Below, piece by piece: positions 34,915 through 43,217 of a stretch of 44,661 nt of DNA. The position numbers and the translations under genes were made by a program. Where the stretch lies: IMG/VR virus record IMGVR_UViG_3300032070_000010, positions 1-44,661 of that record, one strand, 5' to 3'. The stretch comes from a virus. Its lineage: Duplodnaviria; Caudoviricetes. The notes beneath the pieces were generated by a model. That model did no database searches and had not been told where the DNA came from. It worked only from the letters and a program-made list of their open reading frames with translations. The number at the start of each line of letters is the position of its first letter. The stretch's first letter is position 1.

Positions 34915-37830
34915 TTATCTTCTCCTATATTTTGATGAAAGTTTTCCAGTTGAATTGTATTGCATGAGTTGTGAATCTATCGCCATTGTAACTGCTGCTG
35001 CAATATCTTGTGGACTTGCATCGGTTTTAACTGGAATAGATATCGTGATATTTCCTATTGACACACCACCGCCATTTTGACCTGCGGGAGTTACCGATTC
35101 TCCCTTATGAAGCATATATACACCAGTTGATGGAACGTAATCTGTTCCTTCAGCATATCCCTTCACCCCCATTCTATTAAAGAACTGATTTGTTGGTGAA
35201 CGTTTTTGAAACCATTCTTTTGCATTTTTTGGAACATTCGCCAAAGATTCCGTTCCAAATACCTTTTCATATGCTGATTTAAGTTCTGGATTAGACACAA
35301 TTTGTATTAATGTTTTTTCCTTATCGTTTTCTGACTTTTTCAATTTTTTCTCATTTATGCCCAAATCTGTCGTTTGTTCTTCATATAATTTTTTTTGTGC
35401 TGCCAGATTATCTCTTAAATTCTGTGTATCCTCATCACGAGTATCCATCAATATCCAGAGATTGTGTCTTTCATTGTCTATATATGCATTTAAAATGGCA
35501 TTTGCTTCATCATATGCTATTTTTTTTGCTGAATTAGTCGCAGAATTATGTTTAACATCTGCATTATATTGATTTTCCATTTCTTGAATCCTTAATTGTG
35601 TATTTTCAATTTCAAGTTGTTTCATCATTTTCTTTTCTGTTCTTGTATTTCCATGCCTTCTCATCATACCGATTAATTGTAATTTAAGCATTTCAATATT
35701 ATTTCTAGCCATAGCAATAGCCAAATCATTGTTTGCTTTTTCCGCTTCTTCTGTTTCCTTCTTAGTATCCTCCATTGCAGAATTATATTCGTATATTGTT
35801 TTTAATGCATCGTTCATACTATGTCCGTATTTATCGAATACTCCAGTGTATTCTCCTATGAACTCTGAACCATACTTTGCAGCCATATTCGCATATTCAG
35901 AAAATCTTTCATTTTTTGTTTGTGCTTCTGAAACTGCAATACCATATTCTAATATATTTGCAGAACCTTTGAACGGAACATTCAATTGTTCATTTAAATC
36001 CGATATACTCGATTTTAATAGAACTATTGTATCTTTTGTATTTTTAATTGATGAATCCATATCATCGAATGCTGATTTTACACCATCAATTGATGGTTGT
36101 AATTTTGATTGTGCATCTGTCAAATTTTCCATACTTGCGGTAGCACCTGCATCAAGGACTTGAAGTTGATTAAGTAATGCAGGTCCAAGTTGTTTAAGAC
36201 TTGTCTCCCCACCCTGAGATTTTGCTTCCTCATCTATCTGAATCATTGTCAATCCCAAGTCTTTCAATGCTTGATTTGTCTTATCAAAAACTTTTGTATC
36301 AAAGTTAGTTCCTAAATTTTTCATATATTTTGATTGCAATCCCAATAAATCTATTCCCTCTTTTGCCACTCTAATATTTTCCTTTTTTGTTGCCAGTGCT
36401 TTTAATTCATCGGCATTCGCTGAATATGCGTTCATTTCTCCCCAGGGTATTGCTTTTTGCGGTGAAACGCCTTCTTTTAATTTTTCTAAAACTGTTTTAT
36501 CTCCAGTTTCTACAGGTTTCACTAAATTATCGAACCATGCTTGTTTTATGGACATAACCGCTTTATCAAAGGTTTGAACGGCTGCATCGGCATTTCCACC
36601 AGAAAACAAAGTTCCCCACCATAGTTGTGCTTTTTTCCACCAGATATCAACGCCACTCCATACTTCACCAATACTTCTCTCTATCTTTTGCATTGATTGT
36701 TCTAAGATATTAGCCATCTGTTGTTGTGTGTTCATCATTGCTGCGAGTGCATCCTCAGTTTTTCCAGTTGCAGTTTCCAATAATTTCATATCATCTGTAA
36801 ATCCTTTTAATCCTGTTTCTCCAGTTAACGCAAGTGCTACCCGCAAACTTCTCATATTTCCAATCAATTTTGGCAATATTTCAACACCGTATTTTTCAAC
36901 GGCTGCTGATAATTGTTCAAGAAAACCAGTTAGTCCATGAGTTTGTAATGCAGTTGCAGACATTTCAATTCCATATTTTCTTGCTGCATCGGCTGCTTCT
37001 TTTGTTGGGTCTGCTATTCCTTGTAGTAATAAACCAAGACCACGAGTAACTGAATCTATGTGTTGCCCTTGTCTTGTTGCAGCAGACATTGCAGAAGTTA
37101 CTTCATCTAATGAAACACCAAGATTTGCAGCAATTGGAGTAACGTAACCTAATGAATCCTCCAAATCTTTAAATGTAAAAACACCACGAATAACTGATTG
37201 AAATAATTTATCCGATACCTCACCCGCATGTGCAGCAGATAAACCATATGCATTTAAAACACCAGTGAGTGTGTTAACCGCACTCGTTGTTGTTGTTACA
37301 CCTGCTATGGCTGCTTTTGTCGCAACTTCTAATAAACCTATTGCATCTTCAACTTTAAATGCTGCTGATACTATATCGTATAAACCTTTTGTCATATCAC
37401 CAACAGATTTTCCGAATCTTATAGATAATTGTGTGATACCAACTTCCAATGATGGCAATGTATCACGAGTTGTTGAATCTAAAATTGAACTTACTTCCGC
37501 CATTTGCATTTCAAATGAACGAAATGATTGCACAGATTCATCAATCCACTGTCTTAATTCTTGATATGCTTGTGTTCCCATACTGATTACGGCATTTAAT
37601 CCGATGAATCTCATCATGGTGCTATTCAATGCTGAACCCAATTTGCCTTGAGTTGTTGCTACCTTATAAGATGCAGTTTCTACGCTTTTTAATCCATTTG
37701 ATGTGGTAGTTGTTACAGTTTTCATTCCAACTATCGCACCATTTAATCTTTCAATGCTCGTTTGAGTTGTCTTTGCAGTTCCTTTATCTGTTATTTGTAT
37801 GACGAGCCGTTTCACTACATCTTCAGCCAT
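34915..37830 (-). CDS. Tail tape measure protein (TP901-like core)
   Basis: FE.QMAEV, GLYDIVSA, TGVLNAYG, GVSLDEV; long helical region; GYAEGT.YVP..G..MLH.GE.V. GGTGA RBS before the ATG at 37830. Confidence 0.92.
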   Translation of the reverse strand: MAEDVVKRLVIQITDKGTAKTTQTSIERLNGAIVGMKTVTTTTSNGLKSVETASYKVATTQGKLGSALNSTMMRFIGLNAVISMGTQAYQELRQWIDESVQSFRSFEMQMAEVSSILDSTTRDTLPSLEVGITQLSIRFGKSVGDMTKGLYDIVSAAFKVEDAIGLLEVATKAAIAGVTTTTSAVNTLTGVLNAYGLSAAHAGEVSDKLFQSVIRGVFTFKDLEDSLGYVTPIAANLGVSLDEVTSAMSAATRQGQHIDSVTRGLGLLLQGIADPTKEAADAARKYGIEMSATALQTHGLTGFLEQLSAAVEKYGVEILPKLIGNMRSLRVALALTGETGLKGFTDDMKLLETATGKTEDALAAMMNTQQQMANILEQSMQKIERSIGEVWSGVDIWWKKAQLWWGTLFSGGNADAAVQTFDKAVMSIKQAWFDNLVKPVETGDKTVLEKLKEGVSPQKAIPWGEMNAYSANADELKALATKKENIRVAKEGIDLLGLQSKYMKNLGTNFDTKVFDKTNQALKDLGLTMIQIDEEAKSQGGETSLKQLGPALLNQLQVLDAGATASMENLTDAQSKLQPSIDGVKSAFDDMDSSIKNTKDTIVLLKSSISDLNEQLNVPFKGSANILEYGIAVSEAQTKNERFSEYANMAAKYGSEFIGEYTGVFDKYGHSMNDALKTIYEYNSAMEDTKKETEEAEKANNDLAIAMARNNIEMLKLQLIGMMRRHGNTRTEKKMMKQLEIENTQLRIQEMENQYNADVKHNSATNSAKKIAYDEANAILNAYIDNERHNLWILMDTRDEDTQNLRDNLAAQKKLYEEQTTDLGINEKKLKKSENDKEKTLIQIVSNPELKSAYEKVFGTESLANVPKNAKEWFQKRSPTNQFFNRMGVKGYAEGTDYVPSTGVYMLHKGESVTPAGQNGGGVSIGNITISIPVKTDASPQDIAAAVTMAIDSQLMQYNSTGKLSSKYRRR

Positions 37831-37834
37831 ATCA

Positions 37835-38082
37835 TCACCGCTTTTTACTTGCGATTTTATCCGCAATCATTTTTTGTTGTTGAGTTGATAATTTTCTAAC
37901 TCGTTGAGTTGGAGGTCTATTTTCATATATCATTTGGTTTATAACTCCTTTGAAATCCCTAAATGACATATTCAATATATCAGACATATTACCAACTGTT
38001 AAATATACTTTATATCGCCATTCAATCAAATTTTTTAATTGTTCCTCAACTGTTAAATCGGGGGGGTCTATTCCCCTTTCTG
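37835..38082 (-). CDS. Tail assembly chaperone, -1 frameshift extension (gpGT-like part)
   Basis: The -1 frame is open from the slippery site: SERGIDPPDLTVEEQLKNLIEWRY...SKKR*. Confidence 0.7.
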
Positions 38083-38089
38083 AAAATCC
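38063..38089 (-). other. Programmed -1 frameshift signal
   Basis: G_GAT_TTT heptamer, 6-nt spacer, then GGGG-AATAGA-CCCC hairpin. Confidence 0.7.
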
Positions 38090-38397
38090 TGGTTATTCAC
38101 TTCTATTCCAGATTTTCCAGAATTGTAAACAGCAGCCCAAAGTTCAACGAAATCATCTGGGTGCATTGATTGTAAATCTTTTTCAGTTACCTTTAAATCA
38201 ATATCGTGTAATGACAACAGCATCATCTGTAATCGATATGTTTTATCATAATCAGATTGTTTCATTACTTTCAATCTTAGTTTTTCATCAAGTGGCAACA
38301 TCATTTCTAAAAGTAGTTCGTGTTTTGCCACAGTCCACTCTGGCATTGTGAAGGACTTTCCTTCATTTACAAATTTTAAACTATATTGTTTAGACAT
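38068..38397 (-). CDS. Tail assembly chaperone (gpG-like)
   Basis: Lies between the tail tube and tape measure genes and ends in a slippery sequence. Confidence 0.75.
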   Translation of the reverse strand: MSKQYSLKFVNEGKSFTMPEWTVAKHELLLEMMLPLDEKLRLKVMKQSDYDKTYRLQMMLLSLHDIDLKVTEKDLQSMHPDDFVELWAAVYNSGKSGIEVNNQDFQKGE

Positions 38398-38408
38398 GTT
38401 TTACCTCA

Positions 38409-38461
38409 GACCCCATGTTCGAGTTGAACGAACATCCAATGTGGTATCTTCCCTATGGGGT
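38409..38461 (-). ncRNA. Mini-tRNA-like element 1 (acceptor stem plus T-arm)
   Basis: ACCCCAT-21nt-GTTCG-TTCAACT-CGAAC-ATGGGGT-C: 7-bp and 5-bp stems with a canonical T-loop. Confidence 0.65.
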
Positions 38462-38469
38462 ATTAAATA

Positions 38470-38490
38470 ATAAAAAGGGGGGATTCCCCT
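38470..38490 (-). terminator. Hairpin plus U-tract after the tail tube gene
   Basis: TAA-GGGG-AAT-CCCC-CCTTTT. Confidence 0.55.
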
Positions 38491-39383
38491 TAGACTGTTG
38501 AGTATGAGAATGTTTTTCCAGTGAATGGTGCGTTCTCCTTCATTATATCACCAGAGATGTTTACATCTATTTCACTGTTTTTCCACTTGCAGTTTTCAAG
38601 TGTTATCTCAGGTGCACCTGCACCACCGAGAGCAACCACCAAATCGAACTCCGCTTGGTTGACAACATCGGATAGGTGTTTTCCACCACCTTCATTCAAA
38701 GATATGTCACAAGACCCAGAGATGTTTAATTCACCTGCGAATGCATATTGTTTTTCAAGTGAATCATGGTCGAAGTAATTCTTTGTTCCGTTGTCGATTG
38801 TGAAATCAATTGAATTGGTGATGTATGCCAAATCTCCACCGTTTGCTTGGATAGACCCCGCTACGTTGAATGCACATATGTCTCCACCTAATGCACCTGG
38901 TATTGAACCAGTTGGTGTTGAATCGGTAACTACACTTTTCACATCAAAGTCCATCACATACACATATTCATTGTTTATGCTAGATGAAATCTTACATGAT
39001 TTATTTACTGAACCTTTAATCCAGTATGCTGTTGCATCTGCACCAGTTGGACTTATACATGAATTTGTTGTTAGATAGAAAGCGATTGATGTTAAAGCAC
39101 AAGTTGCACCATCACGCACAACTGCATCATCAAAGAGTGTATCACCAACTTGTGGGATGTATTCCAAATGGAATGAGTAGTCATTGCATTGCTCGAGAAG
39201 ATAACATATCTCTGGTGCATCTATTCCACGTAGTCCTTTGTGTTTGTCTCCTAGCGTAACTTTTGCATCGAGAACCTTAATAGATATTGGTTTTCCCGCA
39301 TGTGTGGGAACTGAACCAACACCATATGAAGTTTCTACATAATAACGTATTTCACCCTGAAAGGGTAGTCCTAAATTCGCCAT
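38490..39383 (-). CDS. Major tail tube protein
   Basis: YYVETSYGV, SIDFTIDN, G.LNISGS.D; strong GGAGG RBS; located upstream of the chaperone and tape measure genes. Confidence 0.8.
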   Translation of the reverse strand: MANLGLPFQGEIRYYVETSYGVGSVPTHAGKPISIKVLDAKVTLGDKHKGLRGIDAPEICYLLEQCNDYSFHLEYIPQVGDTLFDDAVVRDGATCALTSIAFYLTTNSCISPTGADATAYWIKGSVNKSCKISSSINNEYVYVMDFDVKSVVTDSTPTGSIPGALGGDICAFNVAGSIQANGGDLAYITNSIDFTIDNGTKNYFDHDSLEKQYAFAGELNISGSCDISLNEGGGKHLSDVVNQAEFDLVVALGGAGAPEITLENCKWKNSEIDVNISGDIMKENAPFTGKTFSYSTV

Positions 39384-39410
39384 TGTTTTTTCCTCCTTCT
39401 TTTAATCCGA

Positions 39411-39878
39411 TTATGAAGCACCGAATGTTATTGTCCAAGTAATTTTCAGTGTATCAGCACCACCTTTGACGATACCCGCAAAGACTGAACGACATAGCAT
39501 TGTTCCCGCAGCAACATCATTAAAAATACCTGCTTCTTTTAAAGTTGCGGTGGCATCACCTGCTGCCCAATCTCCAATGTATATGACATCGTTATCATCA
39601 CCACCACCACCTTGAGTTCTACTTGTTAGTGCATTTCTATCTACTTCTGCACCGAGAGTTGTTTGTGCTGCATTGTCGTTTGCATCAGATGTTCCAACCG
39701 CCATATATCCCATTGAAACTTCGCTTGTTCCTGTCATTTTCTTAGCGATGTGAGCATCCCCAACAGCCATGATGGTGTTGTGAACGAATCGTTCATCCTT
39801 TAGTTGTCCATCAGGACCAAAAACTTCGATGTGAAGTTTTCCTATTGCTACAAATTTTTCTTTAACATTTTCCTTCAT
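39411..39878 (-). CDS. Virion structural protein (tail collar/fibre-base-like)
   Basis: YMAVGT, TTLGAEV.R, EAGIFN..GTM..R and K...DTL.ITW.ITF. Confidence 0.7.
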   Translation of the reverse strand: MKENVKEKFVAIGKLHIEVFGPDGQLKDERFVHNTIMAVGDAHIAKKMTGTSEVSMGYMAVGTSDANDNAAQTTLGAEVDRNALTSRTQGGGGDDNDVIYIGDWAAGDATATLKEAGIFNDVAAGTMLCRSVFAGIVKGGADTLKITWTITFGAS

Positions 39879-39901
39879 TTATTTTTCCTCCTTCAATTTT
39901 T

Positions 39902-40255
39902 TTATTCTAATTTATCTTGATTTTCAAGATATTTTTTCCAATTACAATTTCTACATAATACTTGATAACCAATTGGATAATCAAGTTTATTTAAGTAGAA
40001 ATATATTCCCATTTTATTTGTTTCCTTTCTAGTTTTATTTCCATCGTTATCAATATGGTCTAAATCTAAACAATCAATATCATTAAATCCACATTTATTG
40101 CATATCATATGCCCATCAGAATATATAAATAATGCAATTTGTTTCATTTCCCATTTGTAATTTTTTTTTCGTTCTAATTCATGTTCTGTGTTATTTTCAT
40201 AGAAATTTCTATGCCATTGTCTACAATAATCTGAGATTTCTTTTTTTGTTCTCAC
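39902..40255 (-). CDS. HNH-type endonuclease (homologue of 19046-19402)
   Basis: CNKCG..DIDCLDLDHIDNDG...YQVLCRNCN. Confidence 0.8.
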   Translation of the reverse strand: MRTKKEISDYCRQWHRNFYENNTEHELERKKNYKWEMKQIALFIYSDGHMICNKCGFNDIDCLDLDHIDNDGNKTRKETNKMGIYFYLNKLDYPIGYQVLCRNCNWKKYLENQDKLE

Positions 40256-40746
40256 GGTCTATCCCACCAAATTATTGAAATTTCCATCACACGATGATAA
40301 ATAACCTGTCGAGCATGTGTTTCTACTAAAACACGACCTGTGCTATCCATGTTCATAAAGTGACAATTCGGTAAAACACCACATTGATTTATTCTTATTA
40401 TATCGCATAGTTTGTCTGATATTAACTTACCAAATTTGTTTTGTTCTATATTATCACTCTTTTGCCAATACACATGAACATCAATTACCGCTTCGTGTTT
40501 TCTAGTTCTAGCACGGATATCTTGTGGTGCTGCACTCTCATGCAGCAATCCAAATTCTACGAATGGAAGCGGTGGTAATACATCTGATTTTGATTCTTCA
40601 GTTAAGTAAATCGATATCTGGTGGACATTCCCATTGGCATCCGTTATTGTAATTATTCTCTGGTTTGTTCCAGTTTGGAATAAATCCGCAGCAGTTGTTA
40701 TCACTGTGCGTAATGCTTCTCGTGGGTCGAATGAATCGAAAGTCAT
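40252..40746 (-). CDS. Tail terminator-like protein
   Basis: LPFV, IDVHVYW and YHRVMEI; positioned before the tail genes. Confidence 0.6.
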   Translation of the reverse strand: MTFDSFDPREALRTVITTAADLFQTGTNQRIITITDANGNVHQISIYLTEESKSDVLPPLPFVEFGLLHESAAPQDIRARTRKHEAVIDVHVYWQKSDNIEQNKFGKLISDKLCDIIRINQCGVLPNCHFMNMDSTGRVLVETHARQVIYHRVMEISIIWWDRP

Positions 40747-40748
40747 AA

Positions 40749-41690
40749 TTAACGACCTGAACCAATCATTGGAAATCCAATTTGTTCTATTAAATCCTCA
40801 TATCGTTTTAAGAACCGTTGTGTTTCAGTTGCACGATTTGATTGTAAATCTGCGAGTGTTGCCTTATCCAAACTCTTGAAAGCGATTAATGCTTTGTGTG
40901 CTGCTAAGTAAGCAACTGCTTCACGCATTAATGCCTGGTTGTATGTCTCTGATTGATGAGAATATGTAACCATCGCTGCTTTTATTGTGCTTGGAACGGC
41001 TGCACCGCTAATTTGTGTTAATTCAACTATCCCGTTATTTCCATCGGTGACTGTTGCTTTTCCAACTACTCGAGTTCCAGTGTCATCAATATATGCGAAG
41101 GTAACATCTTCTCCACATGTGAGTTCACCGAATCCAGTTACCGCAGTATCTCCGTTTGAATCCGCTATCGGATAGTTTCTTACTTGGAAATTTTTATTTG
41201 TTCCATCAAAATATAATCCTGTATCTGGGTCGCATAATGGTTGTTCATTTGTGTGAAGTTCGTATATTTCTCCCAATGTCTCAAGATATGCATACCATGC
41301 AATCATTGCAAGTTTATAATCAGACATATCACTTTGTTGGAATGCCCCAGATAGTTCACGAATCCTTGATAGAACATCCCAGGGAAATACAACGAAATTG
41401 AAAAATGAAAGTGAATCATATGTTGATGTTTCTATTTTAATTGAATATATACCAAATGTTGCCGTTGATGATAAAGAAAAATCATAATTGTAAATACCAA
41501 CACCAGTTGTTGGCATTGAATCATTTGATACCAATGCAACACCGCATGGGTCATAAATTGAAATGCTAACGGAACTTGGGTCTACCATCGCACTCGTTAG
41601 AATATTTTTTATATATATTTGTGTATATACTGAATCACCTTGAGAATAAATGCCCTGTTCTTTTGGCTGCGTGATTATGTATCGCTTCAT
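40749..41690 (-). CDS. Head-tail adaptor with an N-terminal Ig-like domain
   Basis: VDPSSVSISIYDP.G...GIY.Y; VTYS...MREAVAYLAAH. Confidence 0.6.
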   Translation of the reverse strand: MKRYIITQPKEQGIYSQGDSVYTQIYIKNILTSAMVDPSSVSISIYDPCGVALVSNDSMPTTGVGIYNYDFSLSSTATFGIYSIKIETSTYDSLSFFNFVVFPWDVLSRIRELSGAFQQSDMSDYKLAMIAWYAYLETLGEIYELHTNEQPLCDPDTGLYFDGTNKNFQVRNYPIADSNGDTAVTGFGELTCGEDVTFAYIDDTGTRVVGKATVTDGNNGIVELTQISGAAVPSTIKAAMVTYSHQSETYNQALMREAVAYLAAHKALIAFKSLDKATLADLQSNRATETQRFLKRYEDLIEQIGFPMIGSGR

Positions 41691-42337
41691 AAACTATCAC
41701 CATACTTCCAGTTGTAAATTGTTTGTGCTGCAAGAAATACTGGAAAATACTCTTGCATTATTTCATCATATGTTTTTGTAATAAACGTGTATTCGCCATC
41801 TCGTATTTGAAGTATTCCAACACCTTCAACTTTAATTCCAGTTTGCTCGTGGAATGCTTGAACATACGCAGCCATCTGTAACCAGTATTCATCGTATATC
41901 CCACGAGATGTTTTCCAATCTAATATGTAAACCTTTCCATCAAATAATCCAATGAAGTCGCAAGTTCCCGCATATCGATATTTATCACTCCAAAGATGTT
42001 GTTCAAGTGCTTGAGTATTTATCTTGTGCAACTCACGCCACTTGTTGAAAACCTTAATGCTATCCATTAGAAATGAATCGTAATTTTCTGATAGTTCTTC
42101 TCCCTTCAGTGTCACTTCTATTAGTTTGTGAACCGTTGAACCAAAACCTGAACGGGTCTTTAATATTTCTTTTGCTTTTGTTGCACCAGTTTTTGCATAC
42201 CAAGCACGGAGTTCTGGTTTGTCTATGATGCTGTTTATTCTCGTCACACGAGCATACTTAATTCCTCTTATCAAGTAATGATTGTCCGTGCATATGAACT
42301 CACTTGGAGTTTTAATATCCCAATTTTTTTCTTGCAT
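41687..42337 (-). CDS. PD-(D/E)xK exonuclease (Cas4/RecB-like)
   Basis: RVT.I..I.KP.L..W, GSTVH..IE, E..L, YAGTCD, LDWKTS and LQMAAY. ATG at 42337. Confidence 0.88.
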   Translation of the reverse strand: MQEKNWDIKTPSEFICTDNHYLIRGIKYARVTRINSIIDKPELRAWYAKTGATKAKEILKTRSGFGSTVHKLIEVTLKGEELSENYDSFLMDSIKVFNKWRELHKINTQALEQHLWSDKYRYAGTCDFIGLFDGKVYILDWKTSRGIYDEYWLQMAAYVQAFHEQTGIKVEGVGILQIRDGEYTFITKTYDEIMQEYFPVFLAAQTIYNWKYGDSL

Positions 42338-42339
42338 AT

Positions 42340-42381
42340 ATCTCTCCAAAGACTTGAACTTTGGTGTGTGCCACTAAAGAT
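42340..42381 (-). ncRNA. Mini-tRNA-like element 2
   Basis: ATCTTT-AGTGGCACACA-CCAAAG-TTCAAGT-CTTTGG-AGAGAT: 6+6 bp, a T-loop and a D-loop-like AGTGG. Confidence 0.55.
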
Positions 42382-42400
42382 TAAAGAAGGGATTTCTCCC

Positions 42401-43171
42401 CTATACGTTCTGATATTGTTCTTGGTATTCATCTTCATCGTCTATTACCGCAAGTTTACGGATTTTACCAGATGAATCAACTATGGTTATGTATCCAGTT
42501 ATTGTCTTTTCACCATCGGTTGAATATTCACCGAATTTAACTAATCCGTGATATGATGGGTTTAGATAAATATTCCTATCGTATGCTGTCGGTGATGACA
42601 TAGATGCCGCACTAATCACTGAATCCATTATTCCTGGCGTTGGTGTGCTAACCCCAAAACAGAAATAATATCCGTCACCTGGGTCTACATTTACCGATGC
42701 ATCGGATGTGAAAAACCTTATTTCGTTATCGGCGTTGTCATCAGTTGCTAAACACATTCCATTGCCTGATTGCATCCAAATGTAAGGTTCGTATGTTTCA
42801 TTGTTTGCCGCTATAGTGAGAATCATTTCTTTGAATTCTCCACCCGTCATTATTGATTCGCCATATCCGCTATCTGTTACATTAGAAACATCAAATGTGA
42901 ATGCCACATTTTCATAGCATTCATCCCAAATATAAAATGAGGTTTCTGCATCCATTGGACATTCGAAATTTCCAAATTCCATTAACATATACAGTAAGAA
43001 ATACATATCTAGGTAGAACCACATTTCCATGCTGATTCCGCCCTCATTGCAACACCAGAAGTTTGATGTGTTGTCGAAATTCCACCACTCACCAATGTCA
43101 ACTCTCATAAAGAATGGAACATATCCATCTGGGAAGTTCGGTGGTAGTTCGGGAAAGTCATCTCGTGCCAT
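42401..43171 (-). CDS. Putative minor capsid / head decoration protein
   Basis: Directly after the MCP gene, GGAGG RBS, acidic and aromatic, C-terminal GYITI.D..G..RKLAV. Confidence 0.5.
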   Translation of the reverse strand: MARDDFPELPPNFPDGYVPFFMRVDIGEWWNFDNTSNFWCCNEGGISMEMWFYLDMYFLLYMLMEFGNFECPMDAETSFYIWDECYENVAFTFDVSNVTDSGYGESIMTGGEFKEMILTIAANNETYEPYIWMQSGNGMCLATDDNADNEIRFFTSDASVNVDPGDGYYFCFGVSTPTPGIMDSVISAASMSSPTAYDRNIYLNPSYHGLVKFGEYSTDGEKTITGYITIVDSSGKIRKLAVIDDEDEYQEQYQNV

Positions 43172-43187
43172 ATTTGCCTCCTATTCT

Positions 43188-43217
43188 AAAGAATAAGAAA
43201 GAGGATTTAGTCCTCTT
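43188..43217 (-). terminator. Hairpin plus U-tract after the major capsid gene
   Basis: AAGAGGA-CTAAA-TCCTCTT-TCTTATTCTTT. Confidence 0.65.

Noticed and set aside
38409-38461. Conventional tRNA gene or attP site
   Set aside because: It is too short, has no 7-nt anticodon loop or D-stem, and no integrase was found. It is kept as a tRNA-like element instead.
41687-42337. Cas4 as evidence of a CRISPR-Cas system
   Set aside because: It lacks the four-Cys Fe-S cluster motif and there is no array or other cas gene; it is a generic viral PD-(D/E)xK nuclease.
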